Below are positions 13,101 through 26,961 of a stretch of DNA of 53,016 nt, piece by piece. The translations under genes were made by a program, and so were the position numbers. The stretch is from contig NMRA01000431.1 in the NCBI GenBank assembly GCA_002633005.1, forward strand, positions 338,956 to 391,971, in the 5' to 3' direction. A model generated the notes under the pieces. That model saw only the letters and a program-made list of their open reading frames with translations, made no database searches and had not been told where the DNA came from. Positions within the stretch are counted from its first letter, which is position 1, and each line of letters begins with the position of its first letter. The stretch is from Phoronis australis. Lineage: Eukaryota > Animalia > Phoronida.

Positions 13101-15551
13101 CTCCAAACAATCACTTCAATGACTACCACTAATTTGCTACTACAAACGACCAGGTAAAGAGTTTACATGCGAAACACTCGCTTTTCAGTCAAATGACTTT
13201 TGTATGGTCTTCCGTGATCTTGCTTTTTCCGTGTGTGTCCTGCGTCCATGTAACGTGCCTCTGGCGGCATGTTTACCTAGCACCTCGACAGTCACTTCAT
13301 GGTTTGTTTCAGAGGTTATTTCCATGAAAAGTCATCGGTATTCAGATTGACACGACGTAGTTGCTTTTCACTCAAGCGTTGATCTCCCTCAGCGACACCT
13401 ACAAATACTAACAGAGTGCTATCCGAACTACTACGAAGACACAGCTACTTGTCAAACATATTATTTCTAACTAATTAATATAGAGCAGGAATTGTTCAAA
13501 AATCGATTAATTTTTACCAGTTTTTAGGAAACAATTGGAAAGGCATTTGGAGAAGACGAATCACTAACAGATGATGATTTTGCCTCGCACCGCACGGGGC
13601 AGTGCTTGACCGCTCACTGGACATTCGTGAGCCTCACAGTCGGTCAAAGATCTACTGTTAGCAGTAATTTTTAAAATAATTTTCATAATTTAAATGTAGT
13701 CGTTTACTGTTGACACCAGTTTTTGTGAAATTGAATTCCAGTTATATTCTGAGAAGTGTATTAGCAGTTATGTTTTCGGTTTTGCTTTTGTGTTGCTTAC
13801 GTTTGGTGTAAACACAAGGGATCATTTTTGTGGTCACGAATGTAGGTATATTGAAATATGTTCTATCTTATTCCAGTCCAACCATCAACAATTACAAAAA
13901 AGCTGATTGACGCCATCAGAGTTATAGAGAATATGTTTGTCAGAAATTGATGGTGGGTTTGTTTAAAAGGTAGCCATGTTTTGAGATTGTGCGTAGGTGG
14001 AGAGAGAAGGATTAAATCATGTAATTAATTTAGTATATAATAACCACTAATTAGACAAGTGAAACCTGTTGTTAGTTAAGTAATCAACTACAAGGAATAG
14101 TAACTACGCTAGCGCCCTCTTTAAAGATTACTTCAATCGATCAACCAAAATAAACAAATGTCTTATCTGCTATCCAAAATGGAGGACTCTCCACTTTTTG
14201 CATGGCTGTCCTGTTAGTGAATTTTCGAACTACACACACTGTATTGCAACAGTGTACTTCTTGGTCACAGTCTCTGGTGACGCAACACTTGCAGGCAGTT
14301 TCTTCTACCCACGATTCTTCTTGCTGGTCACAGTCTCTGGCTAGTGACGCAACACTTCGGGTAGTACCTTACTACCCACGATGCAAATGACAAGCTCTTA
14401 GTTAAGTTCCTGTTCATTAAGCCTTTCCCTTGCCAAGATCCTCCTTAGAATCTTCCACGAGATGGCTCTGTTGTACAATTTCCTCTGTACACTGTAACAA
14501 GTCTTTATGCTTCAACTACTATAACTCATCTGAATATCTTCTTGACTTCAGCCCATATTATGATATTCTACTTATTTTGCGATTGGCTAATAAAAACCAC
14601 ATGATCTTATCGAATATCATTGGCTGTTACAATTTGCTCTCAGAAATTTCTAGAATCCCTAGAGTGCTTTGACCCCAGAACCAAAGTTGTAAACGCCATC
14701 TAAAAATAGATTTTGACGTTAAAGTACATGTCAACAAGTTTGACCCCGTGATTTGAAAATACATATGCTCAAATTTTGGGCAACTTAAAATGGATCTGTT
14801 CTTACTAATTACTTAATCAATATTTATTCTTACAGTGTCGATTGCCATGCGTGTATAATGCATGCACAAATTAGTGCCGGACGTTTCTTCCGAAAGTGTC
14901 TAATAAGTTCAATAAATCACGTCTACACACTAATGCACTTGATCATTTAAGAATGATTTAATTTACACTAGTTCCAATTTTTCTCACATTTTTGCTCAAC
15001 TACTGCATGACAAATCAAACACTACTGTATAGGTATAATGGCACTATTCATATCTCTCGAAATTTATCAATAATGACAGTAACATCTCTAGAGTTGCCAT
15101 TTCCTGGTATCGAATTTGGTACCCAATCTTCCATCTGTCTATGCATTGGCTTTGTCTAAGTTTTCAATTTGCGGTTGCATCTAGTTTTTTGTAGCTATTT
15201 AAACCGTAAACATGCTAATTTATAGCCTTAAATTTGAATAAATAGCCCCGCCCAGCAATTGAAGTATATGTATGATATAGCAAAAACCTTCGGTTGCGAA
15301 AATGAATCCTGAAATACTCAATGCGAACGTTTTTCCTAAAAGCCATGGTAACCGTACAATACTATTTGCAGGAAAATTAAGTGCAAATTGGGGTACCGCT
15401 AAACACAGGGTAAATTGTTAGGCGAAAAAGCTCGGAACATGTGTGAAGAAAGAAACTGTGGAGACGACTCAAGACGTAAATGCTTTGCTTAACCTGTAAG
15501 CTCACAGCAATGATTTAACCCATTGTTTCGTGCTGAGCAGAAAGACAAATT

Positions 15552-15762
15552 ACAAAATACAAGTGATTTCACTTTGTTGAGACCACAAAATACAAGGGAT
15601 TTCATTTTGTTGAGTCTACAAAGTACAAGTGATTTCACTTAATTGAGACTACAAAATACAATTGATTTCACTTTGTTGAGACTACAAAATCCAAGTGACT
15701 TCGCTTTGTTGAGACTAAATATACAAGTTATTTCACTTTTGTGAGACTAGAAAATACAAGTG
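15552..15762. repeat. Minisatellite, about 33-bp unit x about 6 (acaaaatacaagtgatttcactttgttgagact)
   Basis: Diverged tandem units read directly from the sequence. Confidence 0.9.
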
Positions 15763-15884
15763 CTGTAACATCGTGTTCCTTGATAAAACAAAAACAAGAA
15801 AATGGATAAGGTTTTAATGTATTTTCGTTTGCCTTGTTGTCAAGTCATTAAAATCAAATAATGGTAAGGTTCGTGTCCTTACCT

Positions 15885-15969
15885 TTACACGCTACTAGTC
15901 CTTATCATTACACGGTACTAGTCCTTATCATTACACGGTACTAGTCCTTATCATTACACGCTACTAGTT
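15885..15969. repeat. Minisatellite, 23-bp unit x about 3.6 (ttacacggtactagtccttatca)
   Basis: Near-identical tandem units read directly from the sequence. Confidence 0.92.
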
Positions 15970-16399
15970 CACTCGTGTTCTGCAATCTCGTTTTTTACTC
16001 GGAAAAAATACGGAGTCAGATCACTCGTGAATCTAACTAAGTGTCGTTACAATACCTTGTTTATGCCCTTCCGCAACACAAACACGGTGCCAAAGCAGCT
16101 GCACCTTGTAATCGTGCCTTCTGACCAAAATCGATAGTAATGTTTTCTGTTCTTAAATTCGCCTAAGACGCGTAACTTGAGGACTCTCCCTCGAGGAGGC
16201 TTGGTGGGGATATAACGCTAACTCGGGTGGGTAGGCCATTGAATCTCTCGGCTAGGTATTTTGGGCGCCGCTTTGCGGTATATCGGTTGTATCGTCTAGC
16301 GGGGGAGGGTAAACGAAAGAGCACACAGTTCAACTACATGTAGAATGACTCCAAACAAGATCAGTAAATTTCCGTTGTATTATACTTGTAATACAGGGC

Positions 16400-16443
16400 T
16401 CATCAACCTTGTTAGTATTTTTAAATACTAACAAGGTTGATGA
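16400..16443. repeat. Perfect inverted repeat (21-bp arms, 2-nt centre)
   Basis: tcatcaaccttgttagtattt-tt-aaatactaacaaggttgatga. Confidence 0.9.
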
Positions 16444-19400
16444 AGCGCCGTCTTTCGGAGACTTTACCAGCGAGACGACGGTCAAGGTGGCACTCAACAG
16501 TTTTTGCTGGCTTTGAGCTTAAAAAAGCAGGTGCAGGCAGCTCCACAATTCTGTTCTACGTGGAATACGAAATTTGAAAATATGAGTAGGATTCTGGGCC
16601 AAAACCCAATAAAACTGAAAAATTCTTAGCTGCACTGGATGTGACATAAAAACGTACCCAGCGCCATTATACTTGTCGTTTCCACCAACGCGACAGTTAT
16701 CAGTACAATCTTGTGCCATATCCGTGGTACTCTGATGTTACGTTGGAAAATGAAGAGAGGCACATCGTGCTTAAATACTGAGTTGTCACAACCCCAACAA
16801 ACGTCATTTTTTATTGTACCATAAACCACGAGAAAACGAAAAGCAATATATGACGACTTTTCACACTAAACACAACAGAGGATGTCTAAGGCTGTCCCGA
16901 TTCTATGTAGCATGTATTGACCAATGAATGCTCGTATCTCGAGATCAGCTAATTAACATATCATCAGATAGTGTTTGCGGATATTCTACTGCTGGGTATA
17001 TTATCATTATCGTTATCGTTATCGTTATTATTTTTGGTGTTTTTGACATGAAATTGGTGATTTTAAGCATTTTAAAAACCCGAAGTTTCGGGGAATTCTG
17101 TCTAATAATGATGAAATTCAAGAAAATATTTATCATTAAAAATAATCAAAATACATGAGGAGCAAATCTGGAGACGATCAGGGGTGAAAGTAATAGTGAC
17201 GGGGGACTTGGAAAATAGGAACTAGCGAGGGCGAAAACGATAGCTGGAGGCCTAGGGCCGGCGATGCTTGACCAATTCGAATGTCGGTAGCCCCTATAAT
17301 GTTTACCTTCTTACAAGCCTGGTTAGCCTTAATTTTTCTTTCATTTTACCACGCATTACACCATGGTGTGGATTGCTTTCTACTGCTTTATGTACAGCCC
17401 CACAGTTCTTCTACCGTTTGTTCTTAATCTTTTACTGATTTTTACCATTAATGCAAAAATACACAGGGTGCACCGCACAGTTCTCACTGGGTGTTGCCAG
17501 ACAATGCCCACGTCACTGCACTTACTGCTTTTACCCCACTCTCTCGAAAACGCTATGAACAAAATGAAAAATTGTGAGTTGTTTCACCTCAAAACCGCTA
17601 CACATAACCACATAAACTGCATTATATCTCGTATTCTTGGGTCTTCTACTTCCACCGAAATAGGACGCGACTGAGGCTCCGAAAATGATGACAAACGCAT
17701 AATTGGCATTTCTAAGCCCCAAACCACCACTTACCTACCTACGCTAGGCATACGCCAACATTTGATTCTGAAAGTAAGTTTCCTGTGGATTCCAAAAACG
17801 TGGCCCATTGAGGGCTATCGGAAATTTGAAGCAAACCAAATTCACCGAACCTGCATGCTTGTAATACCTACCTCAAAACTGCCGCCAAACCTGGCCTACA
17901 TCAAATAATTTCTAGTTAATGCAAATTGACCGCGGCTACAGTCTAACAATGCTACAATGCATTTCTTTGAACGAAGAAGTCGAGTTACTTTTTCAAATCT
18001 GCACCACCACACCTATCGTAACTTTCATTTCTGCTATTTAATACTGTTTGGGTTGTTATGGCTAAACATACTTCATCATGCGACCAACAGTAGAACTGGT
18101 GGAAGTTTTTCAACATTTTTCGGAGAGAATACACCAATCGTTGTAAACTGTTGGTTGATACATGTTTGTGTAAACAACAATGCTTTTCCTGTACACAAGA
18201 CTTTACATACCATCCCGGCCAACCCACGATAGAGAACGAGACCTTGCACAAAAAATGGCAGACGACAGTGACGTACCCGATGAATTTAAGTGTCATTTTC
18301 TGCTTAAATTGAGGCCACATTGGTACGCGACACACAGAAGAGCGTCAGAGTGTAACCTTTGTTGTGGATCTGAAAGAATACTTGACTTTTGCTTATTTTA
18401 TAAAAATAATGAGCTCAAAAAACAATAGTAAAATGCCTTGCCACCTCGTAAAATCGACAATTTTTACTTGTTATTAGCAATTCCAGGGTTCTTAAGAAGA
18501 GACGTGTGACGTTTAAAGTTTACTCGCCCCTGGTGACACCTTTGTTAGTTATGATTTGTGAAACAATTTGAGATATTTACCAAGTCACAAAGGAGTGTCT
18601 GTGTATGTTGTGGAGCCTCGTTCAGGAACTAAGAAATCGACCTAGTATGACCACATGGCAATAAAACACAGTGACACTACAACAAGCAAGACCTTTACCA
18701 GCCCTGTGATTGACGCGTTGCATGCGTCTAGAGTTTTTACCAATATAATAAAACACAGCACGAAGCATCGTGCTCAGGAACCAAGTCGATTCAGTGTCCT
18801 ATCTGTGATCAACGTTTCACGGAAAGAGTGAGCCTGGCGAGACACTGCGTCACAGCACGAGTACACTCCTTTTTGTGGTGATGTGGCAGGTCATGTAAAC
18901 AGTATGCCTCCTTCTACAGGCATAGCAAGCAGAAACGCCATGAATGAAATCATTAAGTCCAGTGGTGAAAGTTGTTAAGTTTCTATAGTTTATTCAGATT
19001 TCCAGAGTTTATGGTTGGTAGTTGTCTGATGTGATAGTATTTTGACGTTTTGTTTTGAACCTTTTTTCCTCAAGTTTCTTTCTATATTTGTGTTATTTCA
19101 ATAGGATCTTTAACAGAACCAGTATATTTTTGTAGTGTTTAGGTAGATTTAAATGGCCATACTAAGTGTCATCGGGCAATATTAAATACAATTGTTCAGG
19201 CCAATTAGCATTTTAAAAGAAAATATTTGTCTATGATTATTATAGAAGTTGCTTTCATATTGTTGTTGGTTTCCTGTGAGAGACTGTTATACTATCAATC
19301 ACTTTTAAATATATTGTCTATGATTCAGTGATGATATAGTCTAATAAATCCCAAAAGTAATTCGTTGGAAATGTTCAATGGATTTGTAATGTTGATTTCC

Positions 19401-19739
19401 CTAGAATCCACGAGTCTAAGAGATGACTCATTTAAATTCTACAGTCAGTTTGGCAAAGGACTACGTAGTGTATAGACCTATTTACTAGTATTTCCATATT
19501 ATATGCAGTTATCATCTCTTCAACAAGCAATATATATGTTATACCAATTTACTGCGTTACCACCTACACAATAATTGGCTAAAGCAATATTTTTATATAC
19601 TTTTGTCAGACCCATTTTTGAGGTATGTGTGACCAAAACAGTTTGAAGAACTGCGTATCGTTTTCTGTTACTAAGACATCTGATATTACTGATATGTTAG
19701 ATATCCACGCATTGATTGGGTTAAGATGTAAAGCACATG

Positions 19740-19821
19740 GGCCCGGTTGGATAAAACTTGTTATCCGCCGTATAAGGTTTTATCCGGTGTATAGTTATAC
19801 GGACTTTTATGTGACCGGGCC
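19740..19821. mobile_element. Miniature Harbinger-like palindromic element
   Basis: Ends ggcccggt..ataaaa and ttttat..accgggcc, the same terminal octamer as 25280-25680. Flanks atg/cag give an imperfect TSD. Confidence 0.55.
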
Positions 19822-21022
19822 CAGATCATTCCGTTCTTGTTTTAAACTTGCAAATATCATCGCCTGATATACGTTTACCTAGTATCGACACACTTTTAGA
19901 TTCCAATACTCTTTCAAAAAAACGACACCTCCAATACATATGATTTTTTGCTCCTAGTTACGTTCTCTGGTTTACCACAAACTTGAGGGTTTTCAAAGAT
20001 AGCGCCGCATGTGGCTTTAAGTTCAATATACCAGGATTTCGTTTGCAATTTGGACCAGTAGTCGTGTAAGTTATCAAATATAATATTTTTGTTTACTTCT
20101 CCATTTCTGAATGCCATATTCATGATTCTCAGAGTCGTCATGAAAAATGAAACTAGTTATATATGAAAAGGAGTTGCTGAAAGTTTTTATTAGTTAATTC
20201 ACTTAATGATATTTACATCCAAAACCCTACGTCCATGAATGTCCAATGCTCAAATAAAATCCTCACATTCTGCCAGTCTAGGAACACGACATAATACCGA
20301 AAAACAATGCTTTTCCATCCAAATATTCTTTGTTACAGAAGGAGCGTCACATATGACTGTTTTAAGAACTACTTACGAAGGATTGCGTTCTAATAAACGG
20401 AAGTAGAACCAAGACCCAAGTAGACATGATGACGTAATGAGAGGTTCAGTAGTTGTTGGAATAATCACAAGATAGCGATCTTATAATAATTAACGGAACG
20501 CCAATTATAGGCGGCCGATTGACATGTTTCATAATCATCAATTTAAGCTACTTAATAACAGAGTGAAACATAATGAAACAGTACATAAAGATACCACGTT
20601 ATGAGCACTTTACTGGCAGTTAGCTTCAAAGATACAGATGATAATAAAAAATCCTTCTATAGATTTGGGTAGTTTGAAAAAGTAATCTTTGTAGACTTTC
20701 CAACTCCCAAAATGAGCCCTTTAAAAAAATGTCGGAAAAGACCCGTACCATACGGAATTTTGTCAGAAACGAACACTTCCGTGGGAAAATTGGTCTTGAA
20801 AGAGTCACCTTTCTGAGCGGCACGGCATACATCCTATTGGAGTAACCCTCGAAGGCATCTCCTACATTCACTCACTATATATGGACTGTATACCTCAAGT
20901 CATAATCGTTATTCGTCTAGTATGCGCATCGGAGATCATGACAGTTCTATTGGACAAGCACGTCGGGAGGAAATAAGATCAATTTTCCCAAATTATTTGA
21001 ACGGCAAACATTTCTAGTTAAG

Positions 21023-21159
21023 CTACTTTAGTTTTAAACACTCAGTCAGCTGAACGTCTGTTGTCTTTGCGAAGTCCACTGTGATACTATTGTAGTATAT
21101 CCCAGACGACACCATTCTTACAACGGAGTTTTGGCAACCGAGGGTGAAATTTCCAGGAA
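21023..21159 (-). CDS. CRHBP: CRH-binding protein terminal coding exon (IPGNFTLGCQNSVVRMVSSGIYYNSITVDFAKTTDVQLTECLKLK*)
   Basis: Not in the ORF track; found by manual translation. Matches CRH-BP GCDNTVVRMVSSG..N.VT. Acceptor ttattttgtag, phase 1, ends at TAG 21025-21023. Confidence 0.93.
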
Positions 21160-23335
21160 CTACAAAATAAAGGGTATACAACTACGTTATCACAGAAAGG
21201 TTTGAAACAACTACACACATCCACTGGCGATTCATAACTGCCGTTTTTGCATTTAATCTGAATCTGGCAATAAAATTTACCGTTTTAAGGAAGGCCAACG
21301 ATTTTGTAAAAGTCCGATTTCCCGATTAACACGGTTCCAGAGAAACAATTCATCCTTATTTGATAGTGGACTTTTCCTATTGGCGCTCTCTAGAGTAATG
21401 AGAGCGCGAAAGCCACCTCCGCTTCTTCCCGACTCAGATTCGGTGGACAGAAATGTAATTACTACTCAGTGGTCCATTCATGCTCAAACGGATGAATGGA
21501 TCCCACTCTCAGACCTTCTCATTGTTTAATTAGGTTAGTACACAATTAGTACACAATTTATTTAGCTTTTTGACATCGGCTAAGATGGAAAATTCCCCGC
21601 TTCATCAGCTGCAGCCATTGGCTTAGGCAGGGATTTTCCTTCGCAGTGGAAAATGTATGGAACATAATGTCCTTGTTCATTCACTGATATTCCTAGAGAT
21701 TTGCCTTTTTGTAAACATTTTCCGGCATAACGATACTAGGAAATGTGTTAAAACACTGTTTATACCAGTAGGTTGAAACCTCCCGTCCGCACTGCATGGG
21801 ATCTGCAAGTGGCGCTGATTGTCAGTCAATCAAAGACCTGATCGCCAGCTGGCGTGATACTGAACTTCAATATGGCGCGACTAGCTCTTAGCTGTTCCCT
21901 TCACTAAGTGCTATGCATGCAGCAACATTGAAGCGACTCAGCTGGTCCAATCATGCGTTTTAATTCTGAATGTCGATTCGTAATTCGCTTCCATTGAGCA
22001 AACATAATGACCGACTAGCTACTAAACACAGCTCGTATCATAGCGATCGCTTAAGGAAAGTGAATGTAGAAACAAAATACAGCAAAGTAGTTATTGGACC
22101 GACACTGTATTGCTGCACATAACGAGCAAGAGGATTAATATGATGCATGTTTCGTAAGTTAGTTATGTCTACGCGCATTATGATATTGTAGTCAATTTCA
22201 CCGTATACCACAACACCCACGAATGTATGTCGTTAGTGGTCAACCCTAATTTGGGAAAGAAAATATCTCCGCGTAAGCCCAAAAACGGCATGCCGACGGC
22301 GTTTTTTGGTTGAATCCGTAGGGTCGGAGTCCCTAAATCCACCTATGAATCAATTGGTGTTTGCCGACAGGTGCTCTGACGTGACTTTTCGAGCGCACGC
22401 GATTTTTTTTACTGAAAAAAGAGCGCGATTTTCAATCGACTCAATATGGGGAGAGGGGAGGAGGCGAGAGGGGAGGATTGGAGAGGGGGTAAAGGAATAT
22501 TCAGTATTTGTGAACACGGTCTGGTCAAAATATTTTACATTTCATTCTAAAGCGGTGCCGTAACTCGACGCAATATTGTGTGAAATTGTCAAAGTTTGAT
22601 AAAGCATGTGTCTTGGGATTACTTTTGCGAAGGACGTGAAACACATTCAGAACCGATTAAACAAAATAGGTGATTGACATAAATGACACGTATGACGCAC
22701 TTCTCGTATAATTACAGGAAATACGAGAGATTACGTTGGGTAAGTCAATTACTAGAAAAAAGTCATTATTAATAAAAGTTTAGACATGTTTTTGTAAGAA
22801 AAATTCAGTAACGAGAGCTCAAAAATTTTGATATGACGATCCAGTCTGTGTAGGGCACGTCGAGTCAAACGCTCCATCTCAATAACTAATATTAATCGCT
22901 GTCTTCTGACACGCAAAAATAACACAATAAATATTAACATAAAACCCAGAGCATAAAACTCGACTTCCATCTTTTTACCAGTGCCCAATATGTCTGTCTT
23001 CCGTTGTTTACGGATGCAGGAGAGCGATAGTTTTAAATTAAATCTCTAGGTTAAGATGGAAACTGCGGAATGTGACAAGAGTCGTATTAACTCAGGCCAA
23101 TTGCGGAAATGTTTCAGGAATGAATTTCCGCATGTTGTCCCCAAAGCTTTTGCTCGTGTGAACACAGTTTATGAGTTTCATTTTATGAGGACAAAATGCC
23201 TAATTCGTTTTTAGCCAAATGGAGATTTAAACGTGGCTATTCCAGAACCGCATAGATTAATGTTATTTTCCAGTGGTTTTAAAGTTTTCTATTTTTGTTT
23301 CTATACACTCATTAGATTGATTAGATTGTACTTAC

Positions 23336-23438
23336 TTGGTAATGCAGTAATTCCACAAATCGGTGGCAGGACTTGACGCATCAATGAAGTGCTAAGACCA
23401 GTTCCGTCTAGGAGTTGAACGAAGTCCCCGCCTGCACA
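23336..23438 (-). CDS. CRHBP: CRH-binding protein exon (CAGGDFVQLLDGTGLSTSLMRQVLPPICGITALP)
   Basis: Matches CRH-BP C..GDFVELLGGTGLDPSKM...DLC. Acceptor tttccattgcag, donor gtaagt. 103 nt, phase 0 to 1. Confidence 0.93.
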
Positions 23439-23943
23439 CTGCAATGGAAAGGTGTAACGTTTGTATTCACGAAAACGGAGAAAAATATCACCCAAGATGA
23501 AACCCGGTTGCCCATGGGTACGACAGATCCAAAAATGGGAAGGACAAGAAGACGAGAAGTGAGAAGGACGAACCTTCAGATGAATAATTTTCCAATTAGC
23601 TATCTTAGATTGCATTATTGAGTTACACAGTTTTATCACTTGTCAAGCGTTAAATTTCACCCACTTCGTCGTTACAAACACCCGCCACGCGAAAAGTCAG
23701 ATACTCGAATTGCGTTTAAAATAAGTTCAGCTCCTGAAAATGTATGTTTCCCTCATTCGACACACAAATCTTGCAAGCAGTAACGAAAGGTCCTTGAATA
23801 TCCATGACACCAGCAATGAAACTATTATCGAAATTACTCGACTCTTGGCTATTTAGCGAATCCAAAATGCCAGAACGCTAATGACCGAACGTTCTCAAAG
23901 CGGCAGTAATGATACATAAAAGATGACAATTAAAGCTACTTAC

Positions 23944-24122
23944 TTCAGTTTTCACTCCACTATCGGTCGTGCTGACGTCAGCATTTTTGACCGACTGTCC
24001 GACGTCAATGGTCAACACTTTGGCGCTAACTGGATAGATTACGGCAACGCTGCAATTGATCTTACGTCCGAAGTTACGTAACGTATACACTCCCGATGGA
24101 TACATAGAAATAACGTTGCATG
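23944..24122 (-). CDS. CRHBP: CRH-binding protein exon (PCNVISMYPSGVYTLRNFGRKINCSVAVIYPVSAKVLTIDVGQ...GVKTE)
   Basis: Matches CRH-BP PCNVISQTPNGKFTL...NCSFSIIYPV. Acceptor gttatttcag, donor gtaagt. 179 nt, phase 1 to 0. Confidence 0.95.
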
Positions 24123-25279
24123 CTGAAATAACAATGATAATAAGAAAGTGGTGACAATGATTTCGTGTCATTCAAAAACATATGGTTTGACATTAGAGTT
24201 ATGATTTTAACTGTGGTAGAAGTTAGATCAAAGACAAGCCCAAGATGAAAGCGGCCATCCGGAACTTTTGTTCTATGGCCATCTACTTGAAAAGTCTCAA
24301 TCTCTTCGCCTGCCTAGTTTTATACGGCAGGTTATCTTCAATGCAACTTTAATCTAATATGATATCCTTAAGTAGCACTAAATAGATGAATTTACTTGTT
24401 CCATTTTCATTAAAAATTGGCGACTGCTGGGTTTGATGGTCATTTTGAACTATGCACTAAGCACGTGTGAAGGGTAGGTATGACCTTTGTTTAGTTTTTG
24501 AGTTTCTGAGTAAAAGAATGTCAGCTGTGTCTTTTCTTGAACCTTTACGTCTTGCAAGCAGAAGTGGAAATTATGCCGGAAATTCAGGTATCTTTCAGGC
24601 ACTTTATATTTGCTTGAAAACACGTCTGTACTTTTTTGTTGGACAGCTTGATATATAGTTGCTCATACTGTCTATACAACTTTCGGTGCGCAGTTGTAAA
24701 GTAAATTGTGAATAGACATGACGAACAAAAAGTTAAAGTGGTAGCTATATTTCGAGACCACATGTTTCAACCTCAGGCACTTGGCAAAATAAACTTTGTG
24801 AAGCCCACACGCCTCACGTGCCAGTGTGCAGTATGCACCATTGAGTTTATCATTCAACAAAGGTTTTTGTGATTTATCAGATGAGACTCATTTATTAAAC
24901 TTATTATCTAAAACCTCTTTCTTAGTTATTTTCCGGCCATGTTGGTGTAAATGTTACCTCGAATGGATCCGCCGTGCAAATGTATGGACAACCGTCGGGA
25001 GAGAAAGCATACCGTTTGACCAATGTAACGCTGTTCACGAGAATGAGGACGAAAACATTCATCCATCTGACATGTGAATTCATAAACAACATTAGGTAAT
25101 CTTTTCCGACTGGGGATGATTTTCAGGACAAGATTATATGACTTTATATTCTGACAATAAATGATTAAATTCAATCTATCACCTAATTTGACGATAAAAC
25201 CAGGTTATATTGAATGGAACTATGACATTTAAAACGCACACGTTTTTTTAGAGAAAAATGCCTAAAGCACACGTATCTG

Positions 25280-25680
25280 GGCCCGGTCTCCAATCTTTTT
25301 ACTCAAAATGGAACTCGAAATTAGGTTTGGCATTTTCTATTCTATTTTTGGGCGAACTCAAGATAAGTGTCTATTATTCTATGCTCGAGTACACAATAAC
25401 TTACGTAGATAATTTATTGCCCTTAGTTCACAGTTTGTAAACCCAATATTAAAGCAATAAGTTCGAGTTTGAACTCGAAATTTCGAGTTTTTACTCGAGT
25501 TTGTAGCACGAATATAAGGGTCTTCAAGGGCAAACTTGAACTGGAAACTCCTATGCATAAACTATAATGTATTCGAGCACAGTCTGATAATCAATTATCT
25601 TAAGTTCGCACAAAAGGAGCAGAGAAATTGCCAAAAATAGTTTCGAGTTCGTTTCGAGTACAAAGATTAGAGACCGGGCC
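25280..25680. mobile_element. PIF/Harbinger-type MITE in a CRHBP intron
   Basis: TIRs of about 40 bp (ggcccggtctc.aatcttt.tactc.aaa) and a perfect 3-bp CTG target-site duplication (25277-25279 and 25681-25683). Internal aactcga repeats. Confidence 0.85.
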
Positions 25681-26604
25681 CTGAAAGTTTCGTATAAATC
25701 CAGTCAACCATTCCACGACCTGAAATACGATGTTCCGAAGATAGCCAAATTTGGCCATTTTTAGGGTCCTACAATTATCAGTCATCGAGTTTTCAATGCG
25801 GATTTGACTATACAGGCAAGCGAGTTTTTTGTATAATAATGCCGCCGACTGACTAAGATCATTCCAAAAATTAGGCGACTCGAGGGATTTCGATCGTGTA
25901 ATTAAACTTTAAAACTGGGAAGATAATAAGTTTTTCAAATACAAATTTAGCTTTGCGTTTAAAGTCAATCAAACTTATACATGAATGTCAAGCTATTCCT
26001 GGAAGATGGGAATTGCGGAGCAAACTCATCTGGCTGCCTACCAAAGGTCAGCATTTCTGGAAACTCGCACGACAGTCCAGCGATTGAGTTTTCCCCCAAA
26101 TGCTTGTGCCACAGAGGTTACTCCTCCAAAGCTTTTCGTCTCCTTTTCGCATACATTCAGGAGATAAGTTTTTCACACCTGTTTTGGTCGGGACTAGACA
26201 CAATTCGACCCGCAGGTCACTTGCATGTGCATTGCATCATCTGCTGATGTGGTCGCCACCTCCGTTAAGACTGACTGGCAGCCTTTTTAAGAATCGGAGA
26301 TTTATCATAAAATTACAAAAGCGCAACTGATGTTGTTCTTTTGTCATAGCTAACAACTCCAAAAATCAATTTATTTAAAACTAATACCAGAAATACGTTT
26401 TTAACGACTGCTATCACTAACTGTATCAATTACTGCTGTGAGCAACACTCTTGCTATCTGTTAAATGTGCGAAGAAAAATACAAGTATCGTACTATACGT
26501 GTTCACAATTGCCAATTGAAAAATGGCATTCATTCGCTGAAGATAGTAAATGGTTGAGACTGTGAAACGCCACTCTTCTATTAAAACAGGAAGTAACAAC
26601 TTAC

Positions 26605-26812
26605 GTTGAGCTATCCTCTTGAAGGAAAGTCGTATAGTGAATCCTTGTCCTCTTTTAGGAAGTCGAAACTGAACTACAGCAGCGTTTTGATGAGCTCGGA
26701 ACGTCTTCGGAACATTCTTGCCGCATCGCTCGGCGAAGCGTTCTTCGGGTGGAAGAACGTGGTCTTCATCACTTGGAAAGTACTCGCCTTGCAATTCCCA
26801 GCCGTCCACAAA
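26605..26812 (-). CDS. CRHBP: CRH-binding protein exon (FVDGWELQGEYFPSDEDHVLPPEERFAERCG...HQNAAVVQFRLPKRGQGFTIRLSF)
   Basis: Carries the CRH-BP hallmark DGWxLxGExFPSxxDHxLPxxER..C and QNxA..xFR..GxGFT. Acceptor atttatag, donor gtaagt. 208 nt, phase 0 to 1. Confidence 0.95.
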
Positions 26813-26961
26813 CTATAAATGAATACACGGTTTTATTGTAACAAGTATTATGAGACACTTTCATTTCAAATTTTAAAGAACACACTCTGGCACTGTCGAC
26901 TTGAAACTGAAATGAATTGAGTTTGCAATGATGTATCTTATCGCAGAAATAATCGCTGAAC

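Noticed and set aside
15552-15969. 33-bp and 23-bp repeats as CRISPR or iterons
   Set aside because: These are head-to-tail minisatellites without unique spacers.
18256-18428. aaaATGGCA start (MADDSDVPDEFK) as a gene start
   Set aside because: No recognisable domain or supported continuation; such motifs are common in TE remnants.
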